This document shows, piece by piece, positions 60,945 through 64,000 of a stretch of DNA of 64,000 nucleotides. Numbering within the stretch: the stretch's first letter is position 1; each line of letters starts with the position of its first letter. Origin of the DNA: Alphaproteobacteria bacterium (GTDB taxonomy: Bacteria > Pseudomonadota > Alphaproteobacteria > GCA-2731375); assembly GCA_965225945.1 (NCBI GenBank), contig CBDDBZ010000036.1, forward strand, positions 288,001 to 352,000. The letters are read 5' to 3'. Under the pieces are notes generated by a model. It saw only the letters and a list, made by a program, of their open reading frames with translations, had not been told where the DNA came from and searched no databases. The position numbers and the translations under genes are program-made.

Positions 60945-61969
60945 GGCTCAATTCGTGAATTGTATGCATTAGTGATAGAGTGCCTGGAACGTCAGGAGGT
61001 TGGGTTATGGACGGCAAGGGTTTCCAGGTGTGGCTTTCGGCGGCGCGCGGGCTGACGCGCGCGCAGCGGCGCGAGGCGCTCGCGGTGCTGTCGGGCCGGA
61101 GCGAGGGCGAGGCATCGAAGGCCGCGATCGAGCTTGGTGTGGACGAGGCCCGGCGCTGTCCGCACTGCGCGAGCGAAGGGGCGGTTTCGCGCGGTATGGC
61201 GCGGGGTCTGCGGCGCTACCAGTGCAAGGGCTGCGGCAGGACCTTCAACGCGCTGAGCGGTACGCCGCTGTCGGGCTTGCACCACAAGGAACGCTGGCTG
61301 TCGTTCGGGGCGTCGCTGGCGAAGGGGGAGACGGTGAAGGCCTCGGCGGCGCGCTGCGACGTGGCGGTGAGCACGGCGTTCCGCTGGCGTCACCGGTTTC
61401 TGGCGGCGGCGCGGAGCGATTCGGAGGTGCTCAAGGGGATCGTGGAAGCGGACGAGACCTACGTCCTGGAGAGCCGGAAGGGCGCGCGCGGGCTGGGGCG
61501 CAAGGCACGGCGGCGGGGCGGCAAGGCGAAGAAGCGCGGCCTCTCGCGCGAGCAGGTACCGGTTCTCATGGCGGCGGACCGGAGCGGAACGACGGTCAGC
61601 GCGGTGCTGCCCAGGGTCGATGCGGCGGCGCTCACGGCTGCCCTCGACCCGGTGGTCGCGAAGGACGCCCTGCTGGTCTCCGACGGCGGCGCGAGCTACC
61701 CACCGTGCGCCGCCGCGCTCGGGGTGAGCCACGAAGCACTCAACCGCTCGATGGGGGAACGGGTTCGGGGCGATCTGCATGTGCAGACGGTGAACAGCCG
61801 CCACAGCCGGTTGAAGGACTTCCTGCGTCCCCGCCGCGGCATCGCCACCCGCTATCTGGACAACTACCTGAGCTGGTTCCACCTCGTCGGCCTCGCCCCC
61901 GGCGCCAATGACCGAGCCTGCCTCGCCGCCGCCGTAACAAGGTGACGCATACAATTCACGAATTGAGCC
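60945..61969 (+). mobile_element. IS1595-family insertion sequence
   Basis: 23-bp perfect TIR GGCTCAATTCGTGAATTGTATGC; single transposase ORF. Confidence 0.95.
61007..61945 (+). CDS. IS1595 transposase
   Basis: Zn ribbon CPHC/CKGC; VEADETY, SDG, HVQTVNS.H and GIATRYLDNYL motifs. Confidence 0.95.
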   Translation: MDGKGFQVWLSAARGLTRAQRREALAVLSGRSEGEASKAAIELGVDEARRCPHCASEGAVSRGMARGLRRYQCKGCGRTFNALSGTPLSGLHHKERWLSFGASLAKGETVKASAARCDVAVSTAFRWRHRFLAAARSDSEVLKGIVEADETYVLESRKGARGLGRKARRRGGKAKKRGLSREQVPVLMAADRSGTTVSAVLPRVDAAALTAALDPVVAKDALLVSDGGASYPPCAAALGVSHEALNRSMGERVRGDLHVQTVNSRHSRLKDFLRPRRGIATRYLDNYLSWFHLVGLAPGANDRACLAAAVTR

Positions 61970-62096
61970 AAATTTTAACCATGTTTTGCCGGCGGCGCGC
62001 CGGGATCGGCGTCGTCGCCGCTCGCGAGTGACGATCGCGCTCGGATGCTCGACGTGCCGTCGGTAACTCGGCGCGGAAGACCTTCGCGCTCGCGGC

Positions 62097-63044
62097 TCAG
62101 GCCGGCGGCAGCTTCTCCAGCGCTTCCTTCAGCTCCGGTATCGCCTTGAAGAGGTCGGCCACCAGACCAAAATCGGCGACCTGGAAGATCGGTGCCTCCT
62201 CGTCCTTGTTGATGGCGACGATCACCTTGGAGTCCTTCATGCCCGCGAGGTGCTGAATCGCGCCCGAAATGCCGACCGCGATATAGAGTTCCGGCGCCAC
62301 CACCTTGCCGGTCTGGCCGACCTGAAACTCGTTCGCCACGTAGCCGGCGTCGACCGCGGCCCGGCTGGCGCCGACGGCGGCGCCGAGCGCGTCGGCGACC
62401 TCGAACAGCATCGGAAAATTGTCGCCCGACTGCATGCCCCGCCCGCCCGAGATGATGACCCGGGCCGAGGTCAGCTCCGGGCGCTCGCTGCTCGAGAGCT
62501 CGTTCTTGAGAAATCGGGAAATGCCGGGATCGTCGGCCGCGCTCACCGCCTCGATCGGGGCCGAGCCGCCTTCGAGCTCGGCCTTGGCGAAGGTCGTGGT
62601 GCGGACGGTGAGGATTTTGATCGGATCGTCCGAGCGGACCGTCGCCATGGCGTTGCCGGCGTAGATCGGGCGGACGAAGGTGTCGGGCGAGAGCACCTCG
62701 GTGATGTCGGAAATCTGGCTGACGTCGAGCAGCGCGGCGAGCCTGGGCATGAAGTTCTTGCCGTCGGTATTGGCCACCGCGAGGACCGCCGCATACTCGC
62801 CCGAGAGGGCGCGCAAGAGCTCCGCCATCGGCTCGGCCAACAGCTCTGCGTAAAGCGGAGCATCGGCGACGCGCACCTTGGCGACGCCCTGGACGGCGGC
62901 GGCGGCCTGGGCCACGGCCCCGAGGCCGGCGCCGGCGACCAGCAGATGCACGTCGGAATCGATCTCGGCCGCGGCCGTCACGACGCTCGCGGTCCCCGGC
63001 TTCAGTTCACCATTTTCGTGATCGGCGACGACGAGGACGCTCAT
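62097..63044 (-). CDS. etfA: Electron transfer flavoprotein alpha subunit
   Basis: [25 protein letters not shown] and [11 protein letters not shown] motifs. Confidence 0.97.
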   Translation of the reverse strand: MSVLVVADHENGELKPGTASVVTAAAEIDSDVHLLVAGAGLGAVAQAAAAVQGVAKVRVADAPLYAELLAEPMAELLRALSGEYAAVLAVANTDGKNFMPRLAALLDVSQISDITEVLSPDTFVRPIYAGNAMATVRSDDPIKILTVRTTTFAKAELEGGSAPIEAVSAADDPGISRFLKNELSSSERPELTSARVIISGGRGMQSGDNFPMLFEVADALGAAVGASRAAVDAGYVANEFQVGQTGKVVAPELYIAVGISGAIQHLAGMKDSKVIVAINKDEEAPIFQVADFGLVADLFKAIPELKEALEKLPPA

Positions 63045-63793
63045 CAGATCACTCCCACTTCGTTTCTGAGCTTGTCGACCAGCTCGGCGACGCTTTCCAC
63101 CTTGACGCCGGCCTGGCGCTTCGGCGGCTCCTCGACCTTCAGCACCACCACGCGCGGGGTCACGTCGACGCTCAGATCTTCGGGCGAGAATTCGTCGATC
63201 GTCTTCTTCTTCGCCTTCATGATGTTGGGCAGCGAGGCGTAACGCGGCTCGTTCAGGCGCAGGTCGGTGGTGACGATCGCCGGCAGGTCGATGGCGATGG
63301 TCTGCAAGCCGGCGTCGACCTCGCGGGTGACGTGGAGCTTGCCGTCGGTGAACTCCAGCTTGGAGGCGAAGGTGCCCTGGGGGCGGCCCAGCAGCGCGGC
63401 CAGCATCTGGCCGGTCTGATTGCAGTCGTCGTCGATCGCCTGCTTGCCGAGGATCACCAGCTCGGGCCCCTCCCGCTCGATCACCGCCTGCAGGATCTTG
63501 GCGACGTGCAGCGGCTCCAACGCCGCCTCCGTCACCACCAGGATGCCCCGATCGGCGCCCATCGCCAGCGCGGTGCGGATCGTCTCGCGGCACTGCGGCA
63601 CGCCGATCGAGATCGCCACGATCTCCTCGGCGTTGCCCGCCTCCTTGATCCGAAGCGCCTCCTCGACGGCGATTTCGTCGAACGGGTTCATCGACATCTT
63701 GACGTTGGCGAGGTCGACGCCGGTCTGATCCGCCTTGACCCGGATCTTCACGTTGTAGTCGACCACTCGTTTCACCGGGACGAGGATCTTCAT
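63044..63793 (-). CDS. etfB: Electron transfer flavoprotein beta subunit
   Basis: [32 protein letters not shown] and NEPRY motifs. Confidence 0.97.
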   Translation of the reverse strand: MKILVPVKRVVDYNVKIRVKADQTGVDLANVKMSMNPFDEIAVEEALRIKEAGNAEEIVAISIGVPQCRETIRTALAMGADRGILVVTEAALEPLHVAKILQAVIEREGPELVILGKQAIDDDCNQTGQMLAALLGRPQGTFASKLEFTDGKLHVTREVDAGLQTIAIDLPAIVTTDLRLNEPRYASLPNIMKAKKKTIDEFSPEDLSVDVTPRVVVLKVEEPPKRQAGVKVESVAELVDKLRNEVGVI

Positions 63794-64000
63794 CGCGTCT
63801 CCCGCTCCCCTCTCGAGTTGGTGTGGGGCCCCCAGGGGTCCAGCGCAATTTCGAAGAGATGACGGCGCCCGGCGCGGCGCCGAAATCGCGGCGCAACCTA
63901 GGACCCGGACCCCGCCCTGTCAACGCATTGCTGGCCCCTTGCCGGCGCCTCCTCGGCCCCTGGGGCGGTCGCTTTACCGGTTGGCGCCGGGGCGCCAGAG

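Noticed and set aside
62097-63923. 608-aa EtfA fusion
   Set aside because: The upstream part is an alternative frame of etfB; etfA starts at 63044

Overview
High-GC (~68-70% by eye) alphaproteobacterial chromosome segment, probably Rhodospirillales-like: tRNA-His keeps G-1:C73, and the glnB-glnA and yceD-rpmF-plsX-fabH-ihfA-merR-tRNA-Pro synteny is typical of the class. Core and metabolic content: a CoA-dependent and Gfo/Idh/MocA catabolic cluster, a fused 4Fe-4S/DmsC (PadCD-like) protein, a nucleoside ABC uptake and salvage operon (bmp, ABC, cdd, PNP, deoA), sigma54/NtrC-controlled glnB-glnA, two aminotransferases, ctaA, bamE, a FlaEY-like beta-propeller protein, a reversed HldE-like fusion, a form I aerobic CO dehydrogenase operon (coxMSLDE), hspQ and etfBA. 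Mobile DNA is dense: a 3.4 kb IS1-family transporter IS with an 8-bp TSD and a 70-bp near-perfect palindrome; a decayed tRNA-His island with an integrase relic, an IS21 element and a group II intron 3' end; an IS630; an ISNCY relic; nested IS1595 elements; and an IS3-like element with a 14-bp TSD. The strongest candidate for an undescribed system is that IS3-like element. Its left non-coding end carries, right behind a hairpin, a 25-nt segment identical to a Sel1-gene sequence, and the element sits at the homologous position of a Sel1 paralogous segment. This suggests homology- or RNA-guided target choice. All calls come from reading the sequence; no searches were run.
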